The position numbers were made by a program, and so were the translations under genes. A stretch of 57,624 bases of DNA, taken from IMG/VR virus record IMGVR_UViG_3300037488_002148, positions 1 through 57,624 of that record; one strand, 5' to 3'. Origin of the DNA: a virus (Duplodnaviria > Caudoviricetes). Below, one piece after another: positions 28,838 through 38,556 of the stretch; position 1 is the first letter of the stretch, and each line of letters begins with the position of its first letter. The notes below the pieces were generated by a model. It was not told the origin of the DNA and did no database searches. It saw nothing but the letters and a program-made list of their open reading frames with translations.

Positions 28838-29461
28838 ATGCTATTTATTAAACGTTTCCTGTTCGGTTTAAGTGTCATATTATGCTTTTCTTGTCAAACA
28901 ATTCAACCAGTTAAATTGAAAAATAGAAAAATTGAATTTATTCCTATCATTTTAGGGTTTGATAAAAACGATATTTATAATAATGGAGAACATTTTCAAG
29001 TCTTAGCAATAGCAGAATATATGTTATTGAATCAATTGAATATAACATTAAAATCTTCTAAAATATTTTATACGAGTGAATATTTTGACATGCAATGGTG
29101 TAGTTATGAAGAATTTGATTATATAAATCGTATTGATATAGGCGAATTAGTTGGCTATCAGTGCGACGATACGAAAATTATTATATTCATGGAGTATGTT
29201 AATCAATGTCTGAATCTTCGTGGCTGTGCAGATTTGGCTGGGATTTTAAATACAGAACCAACTAGAATGTTTTTTTACCTTACAGGCAATTCATTTGACG
29301 ATAGCTATGTACTGGTTCATGAAATTGGCCACATCTTAGGCGCGGATCATATATCAAATGGTTATATAATGCATCCATATACAACGGAAACCAATAATTA
29401 CGAGTTTTGTGAAGAATCAAAAAAACAGATTGACGAAACGTTACAGAATATTGCCCTATGA
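28838..29461 (+). CDS. metzincin zinc metalloprotease, probable lipoprotein
   Basis: HEIGHILGADH plus Met-turn YIM; signal peptide ending FSC. Confidence 0.8.
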   Translation: MLFIKRFLFGLSVILCFSCQTIQPVKLKNRKIEFIPIILGFDKNDIYNNGEHFQVLAIAEYMLLNQLNITLKSSKIFYTSEYFDMQWCSYEEFDYINRIDIGELVGYQCDDTKIIIFMEYVNQCLNLRGCADLAGILNTEPTRMFFYLTGNSFDDSYVLVHEIGHILGADHISNGYIMHPYTTETNNYEFCEESKKQIDETLQNIAL

Positions 29462-29516
29462 GATTGCCAATCATCATGAATAACTAAATAATTGATATAA
29501 TTAGTAGGTTTAGTAT

Positions 29517-29765
29517 ATGAAAAAGGTTATATCGATTGAAAAGCTTGGTATTTACGCCAGGCTACCCGATGATTTGAATGAACTGTTAAATGGCCAACAG
29601 GTAAAGGCTTTGCAAGAACAGGTTGCAAAAAAACCAATAAGGTTTATAATGTATAGGGGTAAGTTAGCGATTCAGATAGGGCCAAAAATGATTTTTAATG
29701 TGTCAATAAAAGTCGATAACAAGAATCGTAAATATGTATTGGTCATTGACGATGAAAATGCGTAG
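29517..29765 (+). CDS. hypothetical protein
   Basis: 82-aa ORF after late-promoter-like CTAAATA (29484-90). Confidence 0.6.
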   Translation: MKKVISIEKLGIYARLPDDLNELLNGQQVKALQEQVAKKPIRFIMYRGKLAIQIGPKMIFNVSIKVDNKNRKYVLVIDDENA

Positions 29766-29772
29766 AGGTAAA

Positions 29773-30282
29773 ATGAAAACATTTAAAGAATTAATATCAG
29801 AAGAAAATCTACAAGAGGCTTTTTTTGGAGAATTTGGGGAACTTGCTGACAAAAAAAGATTTGATTCACGGAACCCAGAAATCAATGTCAAGGGCGTTGG
29901 CAAATATAAACTAGAAGATCTGAAACGAAAAATTCACGCCAAGCTAACAGAAGTGTTGCGATATAGCGACGATGGTGACTATGATGCCGTTTCAGAAATG
30001 ATTAATCAAAAAGGAATACTTGTACATTTTATTAATGCAATTCTTGACGTTGAGCGGGAACTTCAGACACCAAACATGAAAAGAAAAGTTACAGTAATGA
30101 AAAAGGAAGCCGCCGAAAAAGAACTTCGTAAAAATATTATAAATGAAGTGGCTCCGCCAGATTCTGAAATAGAAGATTTCATAGTTCAGAATAAAAATAG
30201 ATTTATTAAACAGTATGGGCAAGAGAAAGGGTTAGAAGTTTTGTACAGCTTGGCATGGAAAAGATTTAACGAAAAGAAATAG
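29773..30282 (+). CDS. putative internal head protein
   Basis: Starts MKTFKELISEE after a GAGG SD; further LQE and INE sites. Confidence 0.7.
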   Translation: MKTFKELISEENLQEAFFGEFGELADKKRFDSRNPEINVKGVGKYKLEDLKRKIHAKLTEVLRYSDDGDYDAVSEMINQKGILVHFINAILDVERELQTPNMKRKVTVMKKEAAEKELRKNIINEVAPPDSEIEDFIVQNKNRFIKQYGQEKGLEVLYSLAWKRFNEKK

Positions 30283-30299
30283 ACATTAAAATTTGTAAA

Positions 30300-31538
30300 A
30301 TGAAATCTTTTATACAATACATAACAGAAGATATTTCTTCTGAGAAAAACCTACACATTTCCCATCTCGAAGAGTTGCCCGTCTTCGAAGGTCGCGATGG
30401 ACTAAAAAAAGTATTCACTTATATCAATTCAATCATTAAACAATTATCTGGCCAAGAAGAATCTAATATACAACTGAAATCTAAGATAGATGGTGCGCCT
30501 GCATTGATTGTTGGTATTAATCCAGAGAACGATCAGTTCTTTGTTGGAACGAAATCAGTCTTTAATAAATTTGAACCAAAAATAAACTATACAAATGAAG
30601 ATATTGACAAAAATCACGAAGATTCTGGTTTAAATAAAAAACTTAAGATTGCTTTAAAGTACTTACCGGAACTTGGTATTAAAACCATTTTTCAGGGTGA
30701 CATGCTTTATACACTAGAAGATTTAAAAAGAAAGAATATCAAAGGGCAAGACTATGTAATTTTTCGACCAAATACGATTACATATGCAGTTCCCGCAAAT
30801 TCTCCACTGGCAAAAGAAATTCTTGCTTCAAAAACGGGAATTGTTTTTCATACAGAATATCTTGGTTCGTCTATATCATCACTGAAAGCGCATTTCAAAA
30901 CAGACTTATCAAAACTAAAACCATCAAAGAATGTGTTTTATCGTGATGCTGATTTTGATAATGTTGGTCAGAAGACTGGCGTAACAAAAGAAAAATTGAA
31001 CAGTCTGAAAAAGAAAGAGAAAAATATTAAAGCTTTGGCCAGCTCAATCGATCAAACCTTTTTAGATAAGATGGAACACGATCAAGATTTACAAACTCTT
31101 ATATCGACATACACCAACTTCTTAGTTAGGAAGGGCGAATCAGAGAAAAGCGAAGAAGAGAAGTTTAAACAATTACAACAATATACTAGAGATAAGATTG
31201 AAGGCGAAATGTCAACTCTCAAAACCGAAAAAGGTAAAGAGCGCCGGAAGAAGAAACTTGACTATATAATGAACATTTTAATTCACAACGACGCCGCGAT
31301 TCGTAATTTTTTTAAATTACAAAATGAGATTACCAATTTTAAGCTGGACATTATTGATTTATTTAACAAGATGCAAAAAAATCTTCATACCTATCTTGAT
31401 AAAGATGGAACTTATGAAAAAACAAATCCCGAAGGTATTGTAGTTGTAAGTGATGCTGGCGCAACAAAGCTGATAGATCGTTCGGAATTTTCTCGTGCTA
31501 ATTTTAACCTTCCAAAACAGTGGGATAGGGAGAAATGA
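30300..31538 (+). CDS. capsid-targeted ligase-fold nucleotidyltransferase-like protein (recalled as DUF6267-like)
   Basis: MKSFIQYITE leader; KIDG, FQGDML, EGIVV, TKLID motifs. Confidence 0.7.
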   Translation: MKSFIQYITEDISSEKNLHISHLEELPVFEGRDGLKKVFTYINSIIKQLSGQEESNIQLKSKIDGAPALIVGINPENDQFFVGTKSVFNKFEPKINYTNEDIDKNHEDSGLNKKLKIALKYLPELGIKTIFQGDMLYTLEDLKRKNIKGQDYVIFRPNTITYAVPANSPLAKEILASKTGIVFHTEYLGSSISSLKAHFKTDLSKLKPSKNVFYRDADFDNVGQKTGVTKEKLNSLKKKEKNIKALASSIDQTFLDKMEHDQDLQTLISTYTNFLVRKGESEKSEEEKFKQLQQYTRDKIEGEMSTLKTEKGKERRKKKLDYIMNILIHNDAAIRNFFKLQNEITNFKLDIIDLFNKMQKNLHTYLDKDGTYEKTNPEGIVVVSDAGATKLIDRSEFSRANFNLPKQWDREK

Positions 31539-32449
31539 AAAAAACCGCAGTATTCAGTTTCGGAAGATATAATCCCATAAGTCTTGGCCACCAAAAGCTT
31601 TTTGATGCTATGGCTATACTTGCTCGAAAGTTAGACGCCGACATGCATATATATTCCAGTCATACACAAGACGATAAAAAGAACCCTCTGAATTATAAAG
31701 ATAAAATCAAGTTTCTCAAGTTATCATTTCCAAAATATAAAAACGGTGTTATCGATTCAGATGCCAAAACCATTTTTGACGTGATTAAAGAACTTGCGGC
31801 TATGGGATATACCGATTTAGTATTCGCTGTTGGACAAGACCGCAAAAAACAGTTTAACGATGCCATTAAACCTTATATAAACACAGATCATAAAGATGCC
31901 ATAAAACTTAATAGTTTTAATATTATAAGTGCTGGCAAACGCGATCCAGATTCTGATGACGATGTTGAAGCTATAAGTGCCTCTAAACTCCGAGATTTTG
32001 CAAAAGATGGCGATTATATCAACTTTGCCAAGGGTATATCACAAGAATTAAGTACTGCAAATAAGAAGGTATTGTACGAATTAGTAAGAAATGGATTGAA
32101 AATAAATAACTTAGAGGCAAAAACTATGAAAGAAGAAACGAAACCCGGTTTTGATCCAGCTGGAAATCCAAGCCGTATGTGGCAAAGCTTTAGAAAGTGG
32201 TTCTATATTGAAGAAGAAGACAGTGAAAAACAACCAGATAGTGATTTTTTAGTGGTAGATAAAAAAACAAAAGAACGCCATTTACCCATTAAAGTAAATG
32301 GAAAAGTCGACACGAACCTAATGGGTGCTGCACATGCAGCTTTGACTAAAAATTTCAGAGGACAGGCGTATAAAGGACCCGACAAAGCCGGAGCATTGAA
32401 TACACTAAAAGCTCTATATAAAAAAGAAAAAATGGATTTACCAGAATAG
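31535..32449 (+). CDS. cytidylyltransferase/NMNAT-like protein with extra C-terminal domain
   Basis: FGRYNPISLGH, KNPL, VGQDR, SAG.RDPD, ISASKLR. Confidence 0.85.
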   Translation: MKKTAVFSFGRYNPISLGHQKLFDAMAILARKLDADMHIYSSHTQDDKKNPLNYKDKIKFLKLSFPKYKNGVIDSDAKTIFDVIKELAAMGYTDLVFAVGQDRKKQFNDAIKPYINTDHKDAIKLNSFNIISAGKRDPDSDDDVEAISASKLRDFAKDGDYINFAKGISQELSTANKKVLYELVRNGLKINNLEAKTMKEETKPGFDPAGNPSRMWQSFRKWFYIEEEDSEKQPDSDFLVVDKKTKERHLPIKVNGKVDTNLMGAAHAALTKNFRGQAYKGPDKAGALNTLKALYKKEKMDLPE

Positions 32450-32457
32450 GAAAATAT

Positions 32458-33318
32458 ATGTATAATTTTACTAAATTTTTAACGGAAAAAACCAAAGAGG
32501 TTGATTCCGACAAAAATGAAAAAGAATTAAAAGATCAAAAACCAGAAACCGATGTTAAAGATTCTGAGATCGGTGAATGGACAAAGTCTGGTAAGGGTTG
32601 GATTGTACGCTTTGCGGTTAAAGATATTGACTATACTGCATACTTCTTTCCACTTGACGAACAAGAAAAGCATTGGAAATTTACATATTCGAGAATGGGT
32701 CAACGGGATAGTTCAGATATTAAAAAATTTGGACCAACATCAGATTGGCTAGATATTTGGAAAACTCTGGTTGAGATCTTAAAAGATTTTATTCGTATTT
32801 TTAAACCCACAACAGTTAAATATATTGGAATGTCGAGATCTAAACGACAGATATATTTTCGCGAACTATTTAAAATCTATATTAAACATTTTGTTAATGG
32901 CTTCCGCCGCTTGGGATATATTTCTTCCTTTGATAAGAAAAATTACGAGGCATCTCCGTTTCTAGTTATTTTTAAAAGTACAAAGAAAAAGACGGATGAA
33001 CCCAAAGACGAAGTTAAAGAAGATTTAGATGTTGATTATAAATTGATTGAACGTAAACCCGACCGGAGAATATCTAAAGGTATTTGGGTACAACCAGAAG
33101 AATATCGCAAAGAAGGCGATGATGGACAATATTTCGCATTTAAAGTGGAATTTATTGCTGATAAAGATAGAAAATCCGGGCAATCATATACTTCAATAGA
33201 AGGAAGATTTAAGAATGAAGTAGAGGGGTTGGAGTGGGCTAGAACGGTTGATGCTCCAGCTGAAATGAGTGATGATTATGTAAAGATGTTTGGTACGGCA
33301 GCTGAAAGCAAGGAGTAG
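32458..33318 (+). CDS. putative internal head protein
   Basis: MYNFTKFLTE leader; domain paralogous to the next ORF. Confidence 0.7.
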   Translation: MYNFTKFLTEKTKEVDSDKNEKELKDQKPETDVKDSEIGEWTKSGKGWIVRFAVKDIDYTAYFFPLDEQEKHWKFTYSRMGQRDSSDIKKFGPTSDWLDIWKTLVEILKDFIRIFKPTTVKYIGMSRSKRQIYFRELFKIYIKHFVNGFRRLGYISSFDKKNYEASPFLVIFKSTKKKTDEPKDEVKEDLDVDYKLIERKPDRRISKGIWVQPEEYRKEGDDGQYFAFKVEFIADKDRKSGQSYTSIEGRFKNEVEGLEWARTVDAPAEMSDDYVKMFGTAAESKE

Positions 33319-33320
33319 AT

Positions 33321-34118
33321 ATGTCAAAGAAAATATTAGATGCTTTACAAGAAACCGATGAAAACAAGATTAAACAATCGATGTTTTTAGCTCTTTCGGA
33401 AAAGCTCACGGAAAAAATTAAAGAGATTAAACCAGAGTTGGCGAAGATCGTTGTAACAGAAGCTGGTGTTGTCGATGATACGCAGACATCAGATTTACCG
33501 GCAGGGAAAAAAGATAATCGACCACCAATCGGCTCGACTAAAATTGTGAAATTTCAATCAAAACCGGGACATTATATATACCAATTTCCATTTATGGGGA
33601 AAAGAATTAATGTTAATTTTGAACCGTTAGACAATTCCAATACGCGGTATCGTGCATATTTTAATGCAAAAGGTATGGAGAAATCTGATAAACCATCTGT
33701 TCGGTTGGGAATTTCTCAACCTACACAAATTACACAGATTTTTATGCACGTTTTAAAAACGGTTGAACAGTTTATGGCATTTAAAAAACCATCAATGATA
33801 AGATTTCAGGCCGGAGAAGGTATACAGTTTCCGCCGATGTCTTATTCTTTGATGTATCCATTTTTAAAAGACTTTGCGGCTTTGCCCGCAATTAAAAAGG
33901 CATATACGGTATTGCGAGGCGACGCAATCAAAGATGGAGCAGCATTTATCATTCGCCGAGGTGCGCAGCAAAGTAATCTAAAATCGAAGAGCTGGAAACC
34001 CCAAATGCCACAAAAAGAAGAAATTGCAAATGTTTCGGGCGCAGCAGTAGCAACGGATCGACCCATAAAACCGCCACTGGGGTTTCCGGGGTTGGCCATG
34101 GCTCGACGAAAAAAATAA
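33321..34118 (+). CDS. putative prohead core or internal protein
   Basis: Helical core-protein-like N-terminus to VVTE; paralogous central domain; KEEIANV tail. Confidence 0.6.
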   Translation: MSKKILDALQETDENKIKQSMFLALSEKLTEKIKEIKPELAKIVVTEAGVVDDTQTSDLPAGKKDNRPPIGSTKIVKFQSKPGHYIYQFPFMGKRINVNFEPLDNSNTRYRAYFNAKGMEKSDKPSVRLGISQPTQITQIFMHVLKTVEQFMAFKKPSMIRFQAGEGIQFPPMSYSLMYPFLKDFAALPAIKKAYTVLRGDAIKDGAAFIIRRGAQQSNLKSKSWKPQMPQKEEIANVSGAAVATDRPIKPPLGFPGLAMARRKK

Positions 34119-34139
34119 AATGTATAGTAGTCTAAGACT

Positions 34140-34538
34140 ATGTTTGAAAAATTTGATAAATTGACTGAAGAAAATTATATCTTGTATGCTATGCGATGTT
34201 ATGACAATCCAAATTGTCATAATGTTAATGAGTTCAAAGAGGATTTGAATAGAGTTAAGTATATCAAACGGTTATTAAATCGTTATATACGAAAAGGTAA
34301 TTTAAAAGACCGCTTACTTTTGAATCATATTATTATATTTTGTAATACGTTTGGAAACGAAGCAGCAGTTAGAATGCTGTTTTTTAAATTAAATCGGGAG
34401 TTGTACCCCGCTTTAAAAACGTTTTTTGTATTTTTAAATATAATGCCTGAAGTTTTGCATTATATTGGAGATAGAACAATTTATAGCAGCGACATTTTGG
34501 TTGATAATACTGTCGCAAAGATTTTAAGGGCAATATGA
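34140..34538 (+). CDS. conserved T4-like hypothetical protein
   Basis: LTEENYILYAMRCYDNP, FKEDLNRVKYIKRLL, RLLLNHII. Confidence 0.8.
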   Translation: MFEKFDKLTEENYILYAMRCYDNPNCHNVNEFKEDLNRVKYIKRLLNRYIRKGNLKDRLLLNHIIIFCNTFGNEAAVRMLFFKLNRELYPALKTFFVFLNIMPEVLHYIGDRTIYSSDILVDNTVAKILRAI

Positions 34539-35026
34539 GCCAAGAAATAATAAACGAGGGACAGGTTTGGGGTACGTATATTGTATATGAGATACTAAAA
34601 AAGCTTATCGCCCCATTTAAAGAGACGCAAGCATATAAACTTGGCATTATAGATCAACGCGGAAAAGTTCTTCGGCCAAGGCATTCTCTAAAGACCCAAG
34701 AAGAAAAAAATTCGTATACAATTTTGGATACTATGATTTTCAATATTAAAAAGATGATCGAAAAGCTTCCTGGTGGTAAATCTCGATTAGCATCTTTCGC
34801 AGCAGCATTGTGGCTAATACGGGAAGCTAAGAATCACGAATTCTATGTTGAAAATGAAAATGAAATTGAAACTGATTTAACATCTTTTATTAATACAATT
34901 CAAATTAACGAAGATGTTAAGCAACAGATAAACAACCTATTTGAGAAAGATATTAAGTTTGATCCTAAACTAAAGCTTGAAAAAATTGAACTGTCTGCAA
35001 ATTTTGAATTGTTTTGGGAGAAATAA
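34535..35026 (+). CDS. conserved T4-like hypothetical protein
   Basis: PFKETQAYKLGIIDQRG, KKMIEKLPGG, AAALWLIRE. Confidence 0.75.
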   Translation: MSQEIINEGQVWGTYIVYEILKKLIAPFKETQAYKLGIIDQRGKVLRPRHSLKTQEEKNSYTILDTMIFNIKKMIEKLPGGKSRLASFAAALWLIREAKNHEFYVENENEIETDLTSFINTIQINEDVKQQINNLFEKDIKFDPKLKLEKIELSANFELFWEK

Positions 35027-35027
35027 T

Positions 35028-35477
35028 ATGTTTGCTTGGTCCGAATTGTCGATATACATTACAAGAAAAGTTGTCATTATTAGTGTTATTATAACCGCTA
35101 TTTTAAGCTTATATCTATACATTAGCTATCTAAGAAATACAATAGTTCGTTTAGAACAAGATAAAGCAACGTTACAAATAGCTGTAGAGACACAACAACG
35201 TACTATTGAAGGTTTACAAGAAGATTTTAAAAAGGTAATTGCTGCAAAAGATGCTATAGTAAACAAGACTAAAGAGTTAGAAAAAAAGAATGACGAGTTG
35301 CGTGAGACTTTATTTAGGGAAACGTTGGGTAAAACGAGTATAGAAGATCTCGCATTATTAGACAAGAAAGGTCGTATTCAGAAACTTATCAATGAAGCAA
35401 CTAAAAAAGTGCTACGTTGTTTTGAGATATTGACAGGTTCTCCTTTAAAAGAGAACGAAAAGAATGCATGTAACTAA
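35028..35477 (+). CDS. i-spanin (Rz-like)
   Basis: Single N-terminal TM helix, long coiled coil, C-terminal Cys pair; followed by a lipoprotein gene. Confidence 0.75.
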   Translation: MFAWSELSIYITRKVVIISVIITAILSLYLYISYLRNTIVRLEQDKATLQIAVETQQRTIEGLQEDFKKVIAAKDAIVNKTKELEKKNDELRETLFRETLGKTSIEDLALLDKKGRIQKLINEATKKVLRCFEILTGSPLKENEKNACN

Positions 35478-35488
35478 CTGAGGTAAAT

Positions 35489-35821
35489 ATGAAAAGATTG
35501 TTGGTTTTAATTGTTGTTTTATTTTTAATGTCTGGTTGTTCGGTATTGCGGGTGCTAACCTCCCCAATCGAAAAAACTCCTTTAAGTCTAGTTGAACCAG
35601 ACCCGCTGGAACTTAATAATGTAGAGTTTGTTGTCGTAACCCGTGTCAATGTAATGCAGATATTAGATGCGTTTGAGAAACAGGGAAAGAAACCGGTTAT
35701 TATTGGAATGTCGGGAAAAGATTATAAGATACTGGCTATTGATATTGATAAAATCAAAAACTACATCGAGTTGCAAAAAGAAATAATTCGTAAGTATAAG
35801 GAATATTACGAAGGTAAATAA
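35489..35821 (+). CDS. o-spanin (Rz1-like lipoprotein)
   Basis: Lipobox MSGC, Pro-rich segment, YKEYYE end. Confidence 0.78.
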   Translation: MKRLLVLIVVLFLMSGCSVLRVLTSPIEKTPLSLVEPDPLELNNVEFVVVTRVNVMQILDAFEKQGKKPVIIGMSGKDYKILAIDIDKIKNYIELQKEIIRKYKEYYEGK

Positions 35822-35823
35822 TA

Positions 35824-38535
35824 GTGAAAATATTCAGTAACTACATAAACGAAAATTTCATACAAGAAGGAAGACAGGACTATCTTAATTTTCTAGGAAA
35901 ATCTAACAACGAAAAATATGTTAAAACCGATTTAGAGTGGGCCATTAAGGTTCTTAAGAAACAAGATCGTATCATGTGGTTTCTAAGATTTGTGAAACTG
36001 GCTGACCAGCTTCATAGAGAAACGCCAGAGCATATTGCGGATTATAAAGCGGAAGTTGAAAAAATCAAGAAAAACCCTTCTAAAGATTTTTTTACAAAAC
36101 GTGACAAAGACGGCGTGTCAGCTGAGAATCAGTATAATACCGACTATTTTAACGCCACTGGCACAACCTATAACATCAAACAGAAGCTTGAACATTTTGT
36201 TGGCATGGAAGAGCAGATTCCTAAAATTAAAGGTTTTGTTTTTAAATACCAAACCCCTGGAGAAGTTTTTGACGCTTTTGAAAAAGCTGAAGAAGAATAC
36301 AAATCAGAAGTTTTAGATGATGCATCGCTTATACCAGACGAACCTGATGGGTATGAGGTTATTGAAGAATTTCCTGGCGATTGGTATTGGCTTAAATTGA
36401 ATCGTGGATATTGTGAAAAAGAAGCCGAGGCAATGGGGCATTGTGGGAACATTGCCGGAAAACAAAGAACCTCAGATCGTATACTATCACTAAGAAAGAA
36501 GATAACAAAGGGCAAGGAGACATATTGGCAGCCACATCTAACTTTCATTTTAATGGAAGGTGGAATGTTAGGGGAAATGAAGGGCAAAGCTAATGAAAAA
36601 CCCGCCGAACGATACCACAAGTATATTATTCCACTATTAAAGAAAGACGATCTGATTAAGGGTATCGTACCAAATTTTGGTTATTTGCCAAGTAGTAATT
36701 TCAAATTATCTGATTTAGATGAAAAGTCTTTTAACGAATTAGTTGAACTTAACCCAAACCTAGCTTCAATAGCAGAATTGGTTAAGGTTAAAGGAAAGAA
36801 TGATCCAAGCGTGATGAAACGTGCCGAAGATTATATGCAACAACTGGCATCGAGAAATGCTAAAAATATCAAAGATCCAACATTTATCGTCTTAGATATG
36901 ACAAAAAATTTCAATCATATAGCAGCTCATAATTATTTTCCTAAAATTACAGAACTCTTAAGATCTCTTATTGATGGAGATTATTTTGATCAGATAATGG
37001 GGTATGAGCCAAACTTCTACGCCCCTGGTAATATTGAAATGATCGATCAAGACAGTCTAGATGCTTTGGCAGAATACTATGGGTTAGATCCAGATGACTT
37101 TTCCCAATCAGATCTTGTCGAAAAAATGCAAGATGATACTGATCTGAGAGAGTATCTGCAACCAATTATACAAGATGCATATACTAATAGCTATTATGAT
37201 TCGGCAAGAAAGGCGATTTATAATTATCTAGCTAGTTATTTTGAGCGCGACTATTCAAAAGATCTACCATTTTCTATTGCATATAAAGATGAAGCAACTG
37301 GAGAACTTGAATATTTAAACGACAAGTCACCTAACGGGCTACTGTTTAAGGACGACGCTGCTTTATATTTGGTAGCACCAAAAGGCTTTCGGAAAAATGT
37401 CGACTTTCTTATTAACAACGAAAACGCCGGAGAATCTGATTTGTCACAAATTGATTTTCCGACGGCCACGGAATTTTTAACTTATGGGGAGCCAAGCTTT
37501 GAATTTGATTTTGAACCAGATTTTAACTATAAAGAACTGAGTCGCGAACTCAACAAAGGTGTTGAAAGGTTTCTTCATGATAAAGAACATGAAGCCGACC
37601 CTAGACAAACTGCACTCGATTTCACAAAGAAAGAAAGTCACCAGATTAAAGAGGCCGACCCAAAGACTGATGCCAAATATCGCCGTGAAGCAGAACAGAT
37701 CTGGAACAAGATGTTTCGAAAATTAAAAATCGTGTTACAAAACCCAAGTCTTGCTAGCGCACTCATAAGAAAAGAACTATTAGATCCAAAACATCCACAG
37801 ATTGGATATGCTTATTATTTCAGCCTCGGTCTTTTGTTAGGTGACAGTAAACTTACGAACATTCAACTTGGCATAGCTCCAATCGGCGCTGCAAATGCGG
37901 GCGCATGGTATCGACCTGGACATGGGGTAGCGAACGAAGAAATTGTTTTATTTTCCTTAGATCCCAAAAATTTCAGTGGCAGTATCAAATCTGACGCAAA
38001 GAAGATATTACAAGACCCGATGTTTAAGGAAACTGCTCCATACCATGCGGCCAATTTTGTGCATGAGTTTATACATTACTTAGACTCTAAACGCTATAAA
38101 ACTAAAGATTATAATCTTCAGGGAACCCAACAAAAGGCAGAGATAGATCTAAAAGCATACTTCAACGATCCAAAAGAATTTAATGCTCATACTCAAGACT
38201 TTATTTCTTTGTTTGATAAATTTTATCGCGAGCATTATTTTTATATAGCCAGACAGTTTGAAACCGGCAAGCGCGATGGAAGTAAAGACAACGATTTGTT
38301 AGAAAAAACAATTGATCGTGTTAGGTTGATGCAGCAACCAACCGGTTTTTATGAACTGTGGAATCATCTACTTCAAGCTAAAACGGATTTTGAAAAGTGC
38401 TTAACGGATATCAACAGGAAGAAACTTCGACAGAGAATTTATCAATATCATCAAGAAATACTAAAACCGCAGTTGTCTAAGGTTGAAAAGTCTCTAATGA
38501 AGACGTATAAAAAACTATCGGGCACAGTTGTTTAA
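35824..38535 (+). CDS. large capsid-targeted multidomain protein (PcfJ-like domain plus HExxH peptidase-like domain)
   Basis: GTG start MKIFSNYINE; EAEAMGHCG...GEMKGKAN; QTALDF..IKE linker; HEFIH...EFNAH. Confidence 0.75.
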   Translation: MKIFSNYINENFIQEGRQDYLNFLGKSNNEKYVKTDLEWAIKVLKKQDRIMWFLRFVKLADQLHRETPEHIADYKAEVEKIKKNPSKDFFTKRDKDGVSAENQYNTDYFNATGTTYNIKQKLEHFVGMEEQIPKIKGFVFKYQTPGEVFDAFEKAEEEYKSEVLDDASLIPDEPDGYEVIEEFPGDWYWLKLNRGYCEKEAEAMGHCGNIAGKQRTSDRILSLRKKITKGKETYWQPHLTFILMEGGMLGEMKGKANEKPAERYHKYIIPLLKKDDLIKGIVPNFGYLPSSNFKLSDLDEKSFNELVELNPNLASIAELVKVKGKNDPSVMKRAEDYMQQLASRNAKNIKDPTFIVLDMTKNFNHIAAHNYFPKITELLRSLIDGDYFDQIMGYEPNFYAPGNIEMIDQDSLDALAEYYGLDPDDFSQSDLVEKMQDDTDLREYLQPIIQDAYTNSYYDSARKAIYNYLASYFERDYSKDLPFSIAYKDEATGELEYLNDKSPNGLLFKDDAALYLVAPKGFRKNVDFLINNENAGESDLSQIDFPTATEFLTYGEPSFEFDFEPDFNYKELSRELNKGVERFLHDKEHEADPRQTALDFTKKESHQIKEADPKTDAKYRREAEQIWNKMFRKLKIVLQNPSLASALIRKELLDPKHPQIGYAYYFSLGLLLGDSKLTNIQLGIAPIGAANAGAWYRPGHGVANEEIVLFSLDPKNFSGSIKSDAKKILQDPMFKETAPYHAANFVHEFIHYLDSKRYKTKDYNLQGTQQKAEIDLKAYFNDPKEFNAHTQDFISLFDKFYREHYFYIARQFETGKRDGSKDNDLLEKTIDRVRLMQQPTGFYELWNHLLQAKTDFEKCLTDINRKKLRQRIYQYHQEILKPQLSKVEKSLMKTYKKLSGTVV

Positions 38536-38556
38536 CTCACAATAAATATTAAAGAT

